A stretch of DNA of 64,000 bases from Octopus sinensis (taxonomy: Eukaryota): the NCBI RefSeq assembly GCF_006345805.1, contig NW_021836142.1, positions 62,001 through 126,000 of the forward strand, given 5' to 3'. Shown here in pieces: positions 37,055 to 50,559 of this stretch. The notes beneath the pieces are model-generated. The model did no database searches. It saw only the letters and a list, made by a program, of their open reading frames with translations, and was not told where the DNA came from. How positions within the stretch are numbered: the first letter of the stretch is position 1; every line of letters begins with the position of its first letter. The position numbers and the translations under genes were made by a program.

Positions 37055-37295
37055 ATGGGAATATGGCGTAGTGGTTAAGAGAGTGGGATACTAACCCCAA
37101 GATTCCGAGTTCGATTCCAGGCAGTAACCTGAATAATAATAATAATAACAACAAACATCAAAAAATACATTAGGAATGAGAACCCAGGTTTGAAATTTGC
37201 CCAAGATACCTGATGAAGGCTGGAGGGTATATCAGCCGAAACGTGTTAACAACAAACAAGTTGAGGACAAATATCCATCAAATGTAAATAATGTA
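37055..37295 (+). mobile_element. tRNA-headed SINE carrying a hammerhead motif
   Basis: A-box TGGCGTAGTGG (37064-37074), B-box GAGTTCGATTCC (37107-37118), (AAT)n linker, HHR motif, TGTAAATAATGTA end. Confidence 0.8.
37205..37250 (+). ncRNA. Hammerhead ribozyme motif, damaged copy
   Basis: CUGAUGA (37210-37216) A GGCUG-gaggguauau-CAGCC GAAA (37238-37241), stem III palindrome ACGU. The next base is G and stem I pairs poorly, so this copy is probably inactive. Confidence 0.72.
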
Positions 37296-38136
37296 TCTAT
37301 ATAAATATAAATATATATGTAATTTTATCAAAGAAGAAAGGCTACATTATCTACCTGTTCAATATCTGGTCCTTTTAGTTAATTCTTCTAAAGAAGCAAT
37401 ATAATTAAAACTGTATGTGTATGCATTTGTGTGTATGTGACCATAATAATAGAAATTCATATTAGTTTCTTTTCTTTCGTTTCCATTGGGCTTACATTTA
37501 CCAACTCAACAGCAAAATGGGAAGTCTTAATATTGCAGTATGTGTATAAATGAGTAGAATACACTTTTACTACAGTTTGATGGCTTTTGAAATAGCAACG
37601 AATCTATTGAGAATTAAGTGTAGTGTTTATTTTCAGATAGGGCAAACCTGAGCAATAAAATAATATAATTTGCCTTACAAATGCAAAGCCTTCTGCTAAG
37701 TTAGAACACATAACCTTTATTTCAGCATCTCTGCATTAAAACTGGAATCACCTCACTTTCAACTTAATCTCAGTAGGTAAAAAGAATAAAAAAATAAAAA
37801 AAGAATTAACAAGTAGGTGGAAGGAAGAAGAGAATTAGCAACAAAGATGAAATTTGAAAGAGATAGTCAACTTACTATTTACTAAAAATGATGCTTGTGT
37901 CTCTTAACTTCTGATATCACAGAGGTTTAGAAAATTAGAGGAACACTAAGATAGCAAAGATAAAAATTAGAGAAAAGGAAAAAAAAACAATAATAATAAT
38001 AATAATACAAAAATAGAATAAGATGAAAGATAAGCAGAAATAAAAAAAAAAAGCATGGAGATATTTTCATTTTAGTTGTCTAAAATCTTTCTCATTTACC
38101 TCTCTCTCTCTCTCTCGTTCTCTCTCTCTTTCTCAT

Positions 38137-38175
<39 letters not shown>

Positions 38176-38599
38176 TTCACTCTTTCTCAGTCTTTTGCTA
38201 TCTCTGCCTTTCTTTTAAGAATAACTAGGTTAAGACTGAAGTGACTAACTGATAAATTCTTTGAACTTGCTTTCCTATCTCTTTCTGGAGAAAGAACTCC
38301 AGTGGTTCTGATGTATTCTTGTCGAAAACGTGAACACTTGATTAGACTTGAGTTTTGCAAGAATACAAACGTTGAAAGGACGCTAGCGAAGGTGTTTTAA
38401 TACTTTGGAGAGAGAGAGAGAGTCAAACCAAGAAACATATTTCGTTGTCTATGCTATCTCAAACAACGTGCATATATACGTGTATGTGTGTGAGAATGAA
38501 ATGAATTGTATGCATATGTCTGTGAGTGTGTGTGCATGTATGGGTGTGTGTGTGTGTGACTTCTGATTCTATCGTACAGTTACACCTGTCCATCAAGTG

Positions 38600-39267
38600 G
38601 CCATTTTTTCTTTGAGAACTGACATTGTCTGTGAGACATATACGTATACACATGCACAAATATATACATCCATATATGTAGGTATACATACATGCACATA
38701 TACATATATACATACACATATATGTATATATATATATAATATAGATATATATATGCATGTATATATATATATAATATATGAATATATACATATATATGTG
38801 TGTGTATGTATATATACATATATACACATACTTGCACTTAAATGTATGTAGTTATGTGTGAATATATATATATATGCATGTATGTATGTATATATACATA
38901 TATATATGTGTATCTATATATACATATATACACATACTTGCACTTAAATGTATGTAATTATGTGTGTGAATATATATATATATATATATATATATGCATG
39001 TATGTATGTATATATATATATATATATGCATGTATGTATGTATATATACATATATATATATGCGTGTATGTATGTATATATACATATATAAACATACTTG
39101 CACTTAAATCTGTGTAGTTATATGTGTGTATGTATGTGGATATATATATGTGTGTGTGTGTGAATATATATATGTATGTGTGTGTATGTATGTATATATA
39201 CACATACTTGCATTTAAATGCATGTAGTCATATGTGTGGATGTATGTGGATATATGTGTGTGTGTGA

Positions 39268-39306
<39 letters not shown>
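38600..39306. repeat. Compound minisatellite (~110-160-bp units anchored on CATACTTGCACTTAAAT) built from TA/TG tracts
   Basis: Anchor recurs near 38827, 38934, 39094 and 39205. Confidence 0.85.
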
Positions 39307-39309
<3 letters not shown>

Positions 39310-40031
39310 TAGAAGTTCTTAAGAGACCAGTTGTAGTTTAATACATTGGATTCCATAGAAATTGAGGATCAATGTCTGTGCTTTTACAAGAGTTGGTTAT
39401 TAACTCTACAGAAGACAGAATCTATAGGCACGGACATGGCTGAGTGGTAAAGAGGCTTGCTTCTCAACTACATAGTCTTGAGTTGAATGCCACTGCATTG
39501 CACCTTGGTCTTCCATTATAGATCCAGGCGAACCAAAGCCTTGTGAGTGGGTTGATAAATAGAAACTGAAAGAAGTATGCCTCTTGTGATGTATGTATAT
39601 GTGTGTAGGATGTTTGTGTATGTGTATACTCTTGTCTAGATATCATGTGATGGCTGTAAATGAGTGTCATTGTCATACAAGTGAGGTTGTTCATTTTCCA
39701 GTCTTCCATAAAAAAAATGTCTGGCTATAAGGAAATATTACCTTGCTTGAAAACTGGTAAGGTTTAGCTAGAGGAATGGCATCAGGCTGTAGAGAAACCT
39801 ACCTCATAGAAAAGTGACAAGTAATGTTAAATAATGATGATGATGTGTGTGTATGTGTACATATATTCTTTTATTTGTTTCAGTCATTTGACTGTGGCCA
39901 TGCTGGAACACCACCTTTAGTCAAACAAATCAACCCTAGGACTTATTCTTTCGGTTTTTTTTTGCTAAACTACTAAGCCATGGGAACATAAACACACCAG
40001 CATCGGTTGTCAAGCGATGGTGGGGAAATAA

Positions 40032-40062
<31 letters not shown>

Positions 40063-40983
40063 AGTTTCCGCCTACCAAATCCACTAACAAGTCTTTGATC
40101 AGCCTGAGGCTTTAGTAGAAGAGCCTTGCCCAATGTGTCAAGGAATGGGACTGAACCCAGAACCATGCGGCTGCTAAGCAAGCTACTTACCACACAGCCA
40201 CTACATACATACATACATACATATATATATATTATATATATATATCGTAGAAGTTCTTAAAAGAGACCAGTTGTAGTTTAATACATTGGATTCCATAGAA
40301 ATTGAGGATCAATGTCTGTGCTTTTACAAGAGTTGGTTACTAACTCTACAGAAGACAGAATCTATAGGCACGGACATGGCTGAGTGGTAAAGAGGCTTGC
40401 TTCTTAACTTTGTAGTCTTGAGTTGAATTCCACTGCATTGCACCTTGGTTAGATGTCTTCCATTATAGATCCAGGCAAACCAAAGCCTTGTGAGTGGCTT
40501 GATAAATGGAAACTGAAAGAAGCATGCCTCTTGTGATGTATGTATATGTGTGTAGGATGCTTTTGTATGTGCTTATGTATACCCTTGTCTAGACATCATG
40601 TGATGGCTGTAAATGAGTGTCATTGTCATACAAGCGAGGTTGTTCATTTTCCAGTCTTCCATAAAAAAAATGTCTGGCTATAAGGAAATATTACCTTGCT
40701 TGAAAACTGGTAAGGTTTAGCTAGAGGAATGGCCTCAGGCTGTAGAGAAACCTACCTCATAGAAAAGTGACAAGTGATGTTAAATAATGATGATGATGTG
40801 TGTGTGTGTATACATATATTCTTTTATTCTTTTCAGTCATTTGACTGTGGCCATGCTGGAACACCACCTTTAGTCAAACAAATCAACCCTAGGACTTATT
40901 CTTTCGGGTTTTTTTGCTAAACTACTAAGCCATGGGAACATAAACACACCAGCATCGGTTGTCAAGCGATGGTGGGGAAATAA

Positions 40984-41014
<31 letters not shown>

Positions 41015-41160
41015 AGTTTCCGCCTACCAAATCCACTAACAAGTCTTTGATCAGCCTGAGGCTTTAGTAGAAGAGCCTTGCCCAATGTGTCAAGGAATGG
41101 GACTGAACCCAGAACCATGCGGCTGCTAAGCAAGCTACTTACCACACAGCCACTACATAC

Positions 41161-41190
<30 letters not shown>
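39307..41190. repeat. ~938-bp tandem segmental duplication containing two SINEs per copy
   Basis: TCGTAGAAGTTCTTAA..GAGACCAG at 39307 and 40245. Copies are colinear with scattered SNPs and indels; breakpoints lie in (TA)n. A third partial copy is at 42838-42958. Confidence 0.9.
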
Positions 41191-41195
<5 letters not shown>

Positions 41196-42164
41196 ATTAT
41201 ATTTGTTATTGATTATGGATGATAAAAAAAGTATACAGTGTTGGAGTAGAGTATAAATAATTTATTAAATACATGAACCAAAAGTGACTGAAAGTCTGAG
41301 TTTTATCAAGTGAGTAAACACTTCTAAAATATGTTTGAATCAGCAGTCAGCCATTTTGGTTGAAGGCATACAACTGCAAACAATATGGCGGACAGAATGT
41401 TATTTCTAATTGGCCAGCATAAATTGATGTGATACGAGTAAGGAATATTTCATGTGGATTGCAAAAATGAAGCATAAATAATGAAATTCAGTTAAGTATC
41501 AGAGATTGATAATTAAAGGAGGATAACTTACACATGGTTAGTAAGTTTGCAGGCACATAAGTTTTTTTTCACATCTGCTTATTCTTGTGTCCATATAAAT
41601 AATATTGATTTCAAATTTTGGCACAAGGCCAGCAAGTTCAGGGGAGGGGGTAAGTCGATAATATTGAACCCCCCCCCCCCTCTAGTATTCAACTGATACT
41701 TATTTTATCAACCCCAAAAGGATGAAAGACACAATCAGCCTTGGCAGAATTTGAACTCAGAACATCAAAAGTGAAATGCTGTTAAGCTTTTTGCCTAGTG
41801 TGCTAACAATTCGGCAAGTTCCCTGCCTTACCATGCTCGTAATATTGGTATTGTTCAATTCCTGCAAATGTATATTATTTCTCAACCAAGTGCAACTGTG
41901 GGTAAATAAATGGATGAATACCGAAATGAAGGAATAACGAAAGACAAGTAAATATACAGTTGGCTGTGAATGATAGGTGGTGGACAGCTGGAGCAATAGT
42001 TTGATAAATAGGATAATAACAAAATAACTGGATATGGCTCATACATCAACAATACACATTACCATTGCTGGTTTTCATTTAGCATGTGTTGTTTCTTTTG
42101 TGTTCTCATTTATTGTGGAATAATTATTTTAGGGTTACAAGGCAAATACTAGTGACTGAGACCT

Positions 42165-42797
42165 TTGGATGGAAATATGCTGTGTGTGAGAAGACCTGGC
42201 AAGCCAAGTGAGACCATAATCTGTGGCCCATGCCAGGGGTGTAACCAGCCTACTTATGTGTATCTTTCCTTCATTGGACACTAAACTCTGCTTGTGAAGA
42301 CCTGTTGAGGCAAGTGAAATCGAAATCGAATTAAATTCGATTACTGGTACCTGTGCCAATGATGCACTAATAGCACCATCTGAGCATGATCATTGCCAGA
42401 GAAGCTGACTGGCTTCTGTGCTGGTGGTACGTAAAATGCACCATTCGAACGTGATCATTACCAGCGTCAACCTACTGGCACTTGTGCTGGTGGCACATGA
42501 AAAACATTTGAACGAGGTCGTTGCCAATGCCACGGGACTGGCTCCTGTGCAGGTGACATGTAAAAAACACCATTTGAGCATGGCCATTGCCAACATCGCC
42601 TGACTGGCCATCATGCTGGTGGCATGTAAAAGCACCCACTACACTCTCACAGTGGTTACCATTAGGAAGGGCATCGAGCTGTAGAAACTCTGCCAGATCA
42701 GATTGGAGCCTGGTACAGCGATCTGGTTCGCCAGTCTTCAGTCAAATCGTCCAACTCATGCTAGCATGGAAAGCAGATGTTAAACGATGATGATGAT
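42165..42797 (+). mobile_element. RTE LINE 3' end
   Basis: Same as 18455-19090. Confidence 0.8.
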
Positions 42798-43029
42798 GAA
42801 TCACATGCATGTTCGTATATATATATATATATATATAGTAGAAGTTCTTAAAAGAGACCAGTTGTAGTTTAATACACTGGATTCCATAGAAATTGAGGAT
42901 CAATGTCTGTGCTTTTACAAGAGTTGGTTATTAACTCTATAACAGAATCTATAGGCACATACACATAAATTTAGAATGGACTGACTTCTTGAACAGCAAA
43001 AACCTGACAGCGTAGCATTAGTTGGACAA

Positions 43030-43900
43030 AATTGACTGCTTACAATTCAGTCTTTTGAATTCACTAATGCTATTCAGAGTTTTACTACAACCAGAATTGT
43101 CTCGTTTGAATGTCTCCCTGACATATACAAAGACTTTCACAATTCCATTGTACCTTGACATATCTGAGGCTACAGATCCCACGAGTACATGACCAACATC
43201 ATCGCCTATGCTGCAGTTGCTGGAATCTGAGTTGTTGCTATCTGGAGCAGAATCCTTTATGTCTGATATCTTATGGCCTAGCCTTTTCCCACTGCAAACC
43301 CTAGCCTTTGCAAAGTGTCCATTCTCCCCACAAACTACACATTTTTTTGCCTTTTCTTTCTCATACTCACATTATTCACAGGTAACTCTCTTGTAGGTCA
43401 TATAAGGAGTTTTAATGGAACACAGACTCCACTTGCAACGTACAAGCTACTTGCTTGTCAGTTCTCTCAAGAGTACACCCCAGTCTAATGAGTGTTTCAT
43501 AACCAGGTCTGTCTTGTAGTTTGGCTTTCTTCCAAAGGCAGGAGTTTGAGGCTTGCATGGTGAGGGCATCTCTTACCATACATTTTGGCCTATCGTTCCC
43601 CAGTGGGCATCTCATGTTTTTCTCTAAAGCCTAAGGGTACAAGTCCAAAACATTCTTGCTTCCCTGAGGTAGAAGAGTTTGTGCATAGGTTATAACTGAT
43701 TTGTGATCACTTTCAAATCATCCTTGATGTTTTCTTTGGCTTGGCTTAAAGAATCTTCTGTTTTGACTTTGCCACCAGGGTTGAAGAGAGTCACGGAATC
43801 ATCACCACTCCATATCTGTATAAGACCTTTCGTTTTAGCATAAGAGGTTACATCTTCTGTAACGAATATCAATTACACTCACTTTACATATTTCTCCAGT
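43030..43900 (-). pseudogene. Degraded Ty3/Gypsy-like gag-protease remnant
   Basis: VRDALTMQASNSCLWKKAKLQDRPGYETLIRLGCTLERTDKQ (gag-like); CCHC knuckle CVVCGENGHFAKARVC (43341-43294); downstream FKRDNSGCSKTL resembling the protease D(S/T)G motif. Confidence 0.65.
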
Positions 43901-44514
43901 CTTTTTAGTGTCTTGGTGGCACTGGTGTCTTTGGAGAATGTCTCTAGTGCCCCATACAGAATATTTACTGCTTTATCTATCTAAGAACAGTTCAAAAACT
44001 CTAGCCAGATGGAATATCTTCTTTGCTGGTAGGATCAGATTCACATTAAAGAGCGATGACCTAAGAGACCAGCCACCCTACAAAAATAACCTATAGATTA
44101 AAGCATAACACAATGAACAACATGTCCAAGTGTGAATTATAATGTACCACGGGGAACCTCACAGCAAGAAACTCTTTCCACCTGCATTCCAAAAGACCAC
44201 CATATATAATCCCACCACTGTTCCTGTCATGTGCTATTAACAGTGTTCTGTGGGGGAAATAACTCCTTATCAAAAAAAAAACCTGTAGAACATCACAACT
44301 GCATTTTTATAAGGACACATATTCAAATACATATTTCTATATTTTCATTCCTCCTTATATAGTAATATTCAAATACACATTTCTGTATCTTATTTCTTCT
44401 TTTTTGACTTTGCTTCATTAGTCATTCACTTCTGAGTTCAGGCAAAGACCTTGCTTGTTTTCTTGTCCCTACATTTAAGGATTCAAGATACATTTTTGTC
44501 ATATAACACTTTTG

Positions 44515-44800
44515 GAGCACTATCCAAAATGTCCTTTGAAATTACCAGCCATGAGAAGATCTTTGTCATCCATAATCAAGGTAATCTGCAGAAAGGCGTG
44601 TAGAAATGGTCCTTCAGTTCTTCTGCTAGTCCAACTTGTGGAGCATGTGTCAAGATTAATGTTATTGTTGTATAATCTAATACAAATATTAGCTGAACAA
44701 TCACACACATTCTGACTATCTTGAGCACTTTGTCTGCCCATTTCTCTGCCAAGCATATATCTACACCATCCATCAATGCTACCTATACAGAAAAGTTAGT
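44515..44800 (-). pseudogene. RTE LINE AP-endonuclease remnant
   Basis: GVDICLAEKWADKV..THAPQVGLAEELKDHFY/..DKDLLMAGNFKGHFG matches APE motifs YAPQ and GDFNGHVG; frameshifted. Confidence 0.82.
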
Positions 44801-44922
44801 AATTTGTCCCTCACCCACTAAGAGCCTAGTAGAGTTTCTGCTCCATCTTTCCTATTGCACAAAGCACACATTTACATAGATACACTCTAATATTTCAACA
44901 ATGTATGTTTGTGTGTGCGTGC

Positions 44923-44953
<31 letters not shown>

Positions 44954-45090
44954 CTCACATGTGAGTATGTGTATTATCCATAATTTTCATTTAAAACATT
45001 GCCTGCAGAACATATTAGACATTAACATATCTAGCATTTGTATACAATAGCAAATCTACAAACGAAAATTCTCTTTAGAAGTATGAGATC

Positions 45091-45125
<35 letters not shown>

Positions 45126-47171
45126 TTCTTACCTTCTGTCATTCTTTCTTTTTTACTCTTTTCCTGTATATAAATTTGTACACACCTACATATATAATGT
45201 TTTGACTAATTTTATTATAGGAATCAAAATTCAATAGGTACAGTAATGGGGCAAAGCAGATACGTTATAAATGTATATATTAGCAATATGTTTCCAAATA
45301 ATATAATCTGGGAAGTAAATAACTCTAGTTTCAACAATATATTACTTTATCTATCAGATAAGCAATGTGTTTTTGATACAATGATAGCAATTTGCACTGT
45401 GTTCTAAAGAGTGTTAATAATTGCTATTCCCAGACTAAAACTGGCGCCTAATGAATATTTTTAATAAAGCATCCTTCCACAACCAACTTAAATCAATCTT
45501 ATTTCTCGCTATCCAATGACTTAATTGTTTTAATATAAGAGTCTGTCATTATTACATTCACAGCAGAATTTGATCACTCTTTCAGTTCAAATCACTTATA
45601 TTGTTTCCAAGGTCATCACAAAATCGTATTAATTTCATATTGTTTAATATTGCTATTCATATTATTCTTGCACTTTATACCTATTGATTTTTATTATTCC
45701 ATTTTATATTATTGCAGAACATTTATCTCAATAAAATGGGGAATATTTCTATCTTAGTGATTTCAACTTCTTGATAAAATTACATAGCATGATTATGTAT
45801 GTACTGGCTCAATGTCAAACCACTTGTGAAGCTGAACAAGACCCATGTAGAAGCAATGCAATTCTCACATAATCTGTATTAGCTTACTTTTTGTGTTTTG
45901 TTTTTGTTTTGTAACACACTTGGCTTTTGTTTTTATAATATCTCTAAATCTTCTGGAAATTTTCCTGCTTTATTGAGAGTTTGTGCAGAAAATTGATTAA
46001 AGTCTGATTAGATTCAATCAAGGAGATTATACAAACATTTTGTGAAGTGGAACTAAATATTCAAGAATCATTAATTCTATGATATCCTGTTATATTTAAG
46101 AAATGAAGTGCACTTTTTATATGCCACTCCCACTAGGTTTGAATTATTTAAAATGCATCTGAACTCAGCATGAGAGATCATTGTTCCAGCAACACTGGCA
46201 GACATAATGGCTTGATCTTTCACACTTTTAGAGAAAATTATTGTTAATAGATTTGTTATTACATACACATGGTAGATATATCAGTCTGTTCTGTATTCTA
46301 TTTTGCCAATGCTTTGAATGAAAACTATGAACAATTTCATCATCATACATCTCTTATTAATCATAACATCAGAGGTTATTATCATCATCATCATAGTCAT
46401 CATTATCATTGTCAAATGACAGAAAATTTAGCATTATGGTAAGCTGTTGGTGAATTGTGCACTAAGCTAGGTTTCACTTCAGAACTAGCTTTATGAGTGT
46501 TGGGACTATTATATTTGTTATTAAAATACAGAGATCAGTTTTTTACTGGGTTCATTTTCTAATCTTAACCTAAAGGTGGTTACAAAATATTTTTTTCTCA
46601 TGAGTTTTAGGCTTTAATGTCTTTAGTTACCTTAAAACGTGCTCATTTAAGAAATATATCTGCTGGGCCTCAAGAAGCTGTAAAGAGAACTATTTAGAAG
46701 TCTTCCAACCTTTAAATTTCAATCCTTCAAGAGCAAAATACATATGGCAGAACGTATCTTAAGAGGCCCTCAACCAGCTAGAATAATAGCAGCTAAATTC
46801 CCCTCAAATTACACCCTACTGTCTTGAAGATAAAGATACAGTTTGGATAAAGTTTTGTAAAAATAAATGGCATAGGCATGGCTGGAATGCCTTTGATAAC
46901 AGGTTTACTTACTCAGAGACAACCTGGAACATAACAGAAACATTAGGCAACAGTCTTATCATTATTTCAAGATCTGGGCTATCAACACTGTCAGATTCCA
47001 GACCAATACTGAAATTCAAGTGTAGAAAATCCTGGTTTCACATCGGTAAAACCATTGTGTAAGTGTAGCGAAGAGCAAACTATAATCGAAATTATAAGAC
47101 AAAGAAATCCTTTAACACATCTTTAATAACTAAAGATGTGTTAAAGGAATTTTTTGTCTTATTATGCAGAT

Positions 47172-47264
<93 letters not shown>

Positions 47265-47267
<3 letters not shown>

Positions 47268-47603
47268 ACTATGACGATTTGAAGTAGGAAATACTCAGGT
47301 TGTGGTCAATGAGGAGAGTAGATGTGATACCAATAGTAATTGGTGCACTTGGAAGTATCAGCACTCAACTACCAACATGGTTGAAAAAGATTGGTGCAAG
47401 TGTGAAGGTAGGACACCTATGAAAATCAACATTGCTTGGAATTGCAAGGATTCTTCGAAGGGTTCTTGAAACATGACCAGTAAACAAGTGTCACCTTACT
47501 CTGCTGGCTGTGAACAGCTGACACTTTCCATCATACCCAGCAGAATAAGCTGTGAGTTTTTATCACATAATAATAATGATAATAATAATAATAATTATTA
47601 TAA
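47265..47603 (+). pseudogene. R4/Dong-like (RLE) retrotransposon 3' fragment with (TAA)n tail
   Basis: RVDVIPIVIGALGS..STLLGIARILRRVLET*, short UTR, (TAA)n at 47567-47603. Confidence 0.8.
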
Positions 47604-48205
47604 CACCTTCCTGAAGCTGTGACTGAAGGGGAAAATGAGTTGATTCTTTGGGAGTTCCCCGTACATACGGACAAAGCTATAAAAGCTAATAAACCAGATA
47701 TTATTATAAAAGATCAGACATAAAAGGTGTGTTTATTAATCGACATTAGTATTCCTTGCAATCACAATATAGCAGTGAAAGAATTTGACAAGATCAGTAA
47801 ATATAAAGACCTGCTAATACAAATTGAAAAAATGTGGCATCTCAAGGCGACTACAGTACCGGTTGTTGTAGGATCTCTAGGAATGATAAAAGAAAGGTAC
47901 TGAAACCTATTTGAAAATGATACCAGGCTTACATCCCTAGAGGAAGTACAAAAAATCGTGTTAACTGGAACAGTTCATGTACTGAGAAGAGCATTATCGC
48001 TGTGAAAACAACATCCATTCATGAATATATTTATTTATTAATTTTTTCAAATACATATTTTACCTGTGAATTTGCGTGTGTAATCTGGGAAGGCTTACAA
48101 TGAGCTTCTCTGCCCTAGGTGTATGGAAAACACTTGGTGAGAAATGGAAGAAAATTTGAAGAAAGAAGGAAAAAAAAATATAATAACAATAATAATAACA
48201 ACAAC
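47604..48205 (+). pseudogene. Second R4/Dong-like element (restriction-like endonuclease domain)
   Basis: LILWEFPVHTDKAIKANKPDIIIKD..CLLIDISIP..KISKYKDL..TVPVVVGSLG (PD..D RLE motif); ends in a TAA/CAA-rich tail. Confidence 0.85.
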
Positions 48206-48844
48206 AGTCTAATCTGTTGTGTGTATATGAAATATTAACAACAAGCGCAGCAACAAAAACAATAACACCAACAACAACAATATAGTGCATACAGAAAATA
48301 GCAATTACTGCTCATACATCACAGAAAATTCTCTCAATAGAATAATAAAATTAAAATGAAAACAAAGTGCTATGCATACTCAAGGTGCACAGAACTGTGA
48401 TTGTCTCTGCACATAATATAAATATAAATAATTACTAAAAAAAGAAATATGATAATAAGGCTGACATTCACAAAAATCTGCATTACGTAACTGAGGTTTT
48501 AATTATGAAAGAAATACTTGAAATCTCAATTTGTACAATGAAGATAATTTACAATAAATTATGAAATTCTTATTTGAGATAAAATACTTTAGATAAAGAA
48601 TATATGAGAATTGAAAATATCTTTACTGTTCTATTTTAATTTCTGTTTATTTCCCTGAAGACATCAAAAATAGTTTATTTCTTGGATATATTTACAGCAT
48701 TTAAGAAAGAAGATAAAACAGAAAATTATCATAAGTAACATTGATGCTAGCAATAAGGAACTATTTGTCTGGTTTAATATTTGAGCACAGGAATATATGT
48801 ATTTTTAGAAACAAACCAAAACAAAATAATGGTAATAGATATAC

Positions 48845-48876
<32 letters not shown>

Positions 48877-49559
48877 AGTTAGTTGTAATCTATGCATTTC
48901 TAATTACATCATTATCATCATCACCATCATCATCATCATAAATGACATTATCATCATCATTGGTGACATCATCATGACCATCGTCATCATCATCATCATC
49001 ATCATATGTTTTCATAGAGAATTAATTCAAAATAAATGTCTGTATTTAAATGTCACTTTTAGCATGATAGTTTGAGAAATGTTAATTTTAGGTAACCTTT
49101 CCACTCAGTTACACAGACAAATTTCTAACTTTGAAAAGTGCTGATAGATTTTTTTTTGAATTTAAATTAACATTACTGTTATATAATACTCTTAAATACA
49201 ATACTAGATTAGCATAAGCTAGCTACATACACACACACACACACACATATATATATATGTATATATAATCATTGTCATTATCATCATCATTGTTTAAAGT
49301 CTGCGATGTTTTATCTCACTATGATTTGAAAAAGAAACATAGTATGCAAATGCAGGCTTGTGAAATTGATAAAGGTATATACCATTACATTGTCTCATTT
49401 ATTATGCAACAGTATTGAAAAAGATGCTATACTGGTTTCTAATCAAGACAAACCCTCCATTGATTTTGACAATGGCTATCTATTTGATAAATCAATGAAA
49501 CTGCTCACATGTTATATTGCCATGTAGATGATTCACTATTCTATCAACACATATACCTA

Positions 49560-49790
49560 TTTCTATACTACCCACAAGGGGCTAAACACAGAGGGGACAA
49601 ACAAGGACAGACAAACGGGTTAAGTCCATTACATCGGCCCCAGTGCATAACTGGTACTTAATCTATCGACCCCAAAAGGATGAAAAGCAAAGTCGACCTC
49701 GGTAGAATTTGAACTCAGAATGTAACAGCAGACGGAATACAGCTAAGCATTTCACCCAGTGTGCTAACGTTTCTGCCTGCTCACTGCCTT
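49560..49790 (-). mobile_element. SINE family B
   Basis: Reverse copy. Confidence 0.85.
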
Positions 49791-50559
49791 ATATACCAAC
49801 ACATATACCCTTAAGAAGTTCCTTGAGCTATATTAGTGCAACCTGATATGTTTTAGTGGTGGTGCTTTGCAATACAGGTACCCAACTACACGATTCTGGG
49901 TTCATTCCTACTGTGTAGCACTGTGGGTAAGTATCTTACTCAATAATCTTGGCTGACCTAAGCCTTGTGAGTGGATTTGATTGATGGAAACTGAAAGAAG
50001 CCTTTTGGGTGTGTTGTGTGTGTGCATGTGTCTGTGTGCATGTGTGTGCATGTTGTGTTAGTGTGTGTGTGGGGGGTGTTTCCTCCCCCACAACTGATTG
50101 ACAACCGACAACCAATGTTGGTGTGTTTATGCCATTGTAACTTAGTTCAGTAAAAAGAGTGATAGAATAAGTACTAGGCTTTAAAAAACAAATAAATATT
50201 GGCATCAATCTATTTGGCAAAAATTCTTCAAGGTGTTGCACCTGCATGGCCACAGCCTAATCACTGAAACAAATAAAAGATAAAAGAAGAAAGCTTCAAC
50301 AGGTTTCCACACAGTTTCTATCTCCTCAGATTTCTTTACAAAGCTTGGATTGACTCGAAGTAATGGTAAATGATACTTGTTTGAGATGCCATACATTCAG
50401 GTTGAACACAAGACGTTATAATTCCAAAGCCAATTGCCCAACCATGTCTGGATCCAGTTCATATAATATAATACAGAATAAGACACTGCAACAGAAGGCA
50501 CAAAAGTATATCTGAAACATCAGCTCATTATTAGATTTTTCAAAATAATCTGGATTATT

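Noticed and set aside
37061-37125. tRNA gene
   Set aside because: A and B boxes are present but there is no complete cloverleaf or acceptor stem. It continues into a SINE body. The same applies to the other tRNA-like heads (22858, 25721, 57595).
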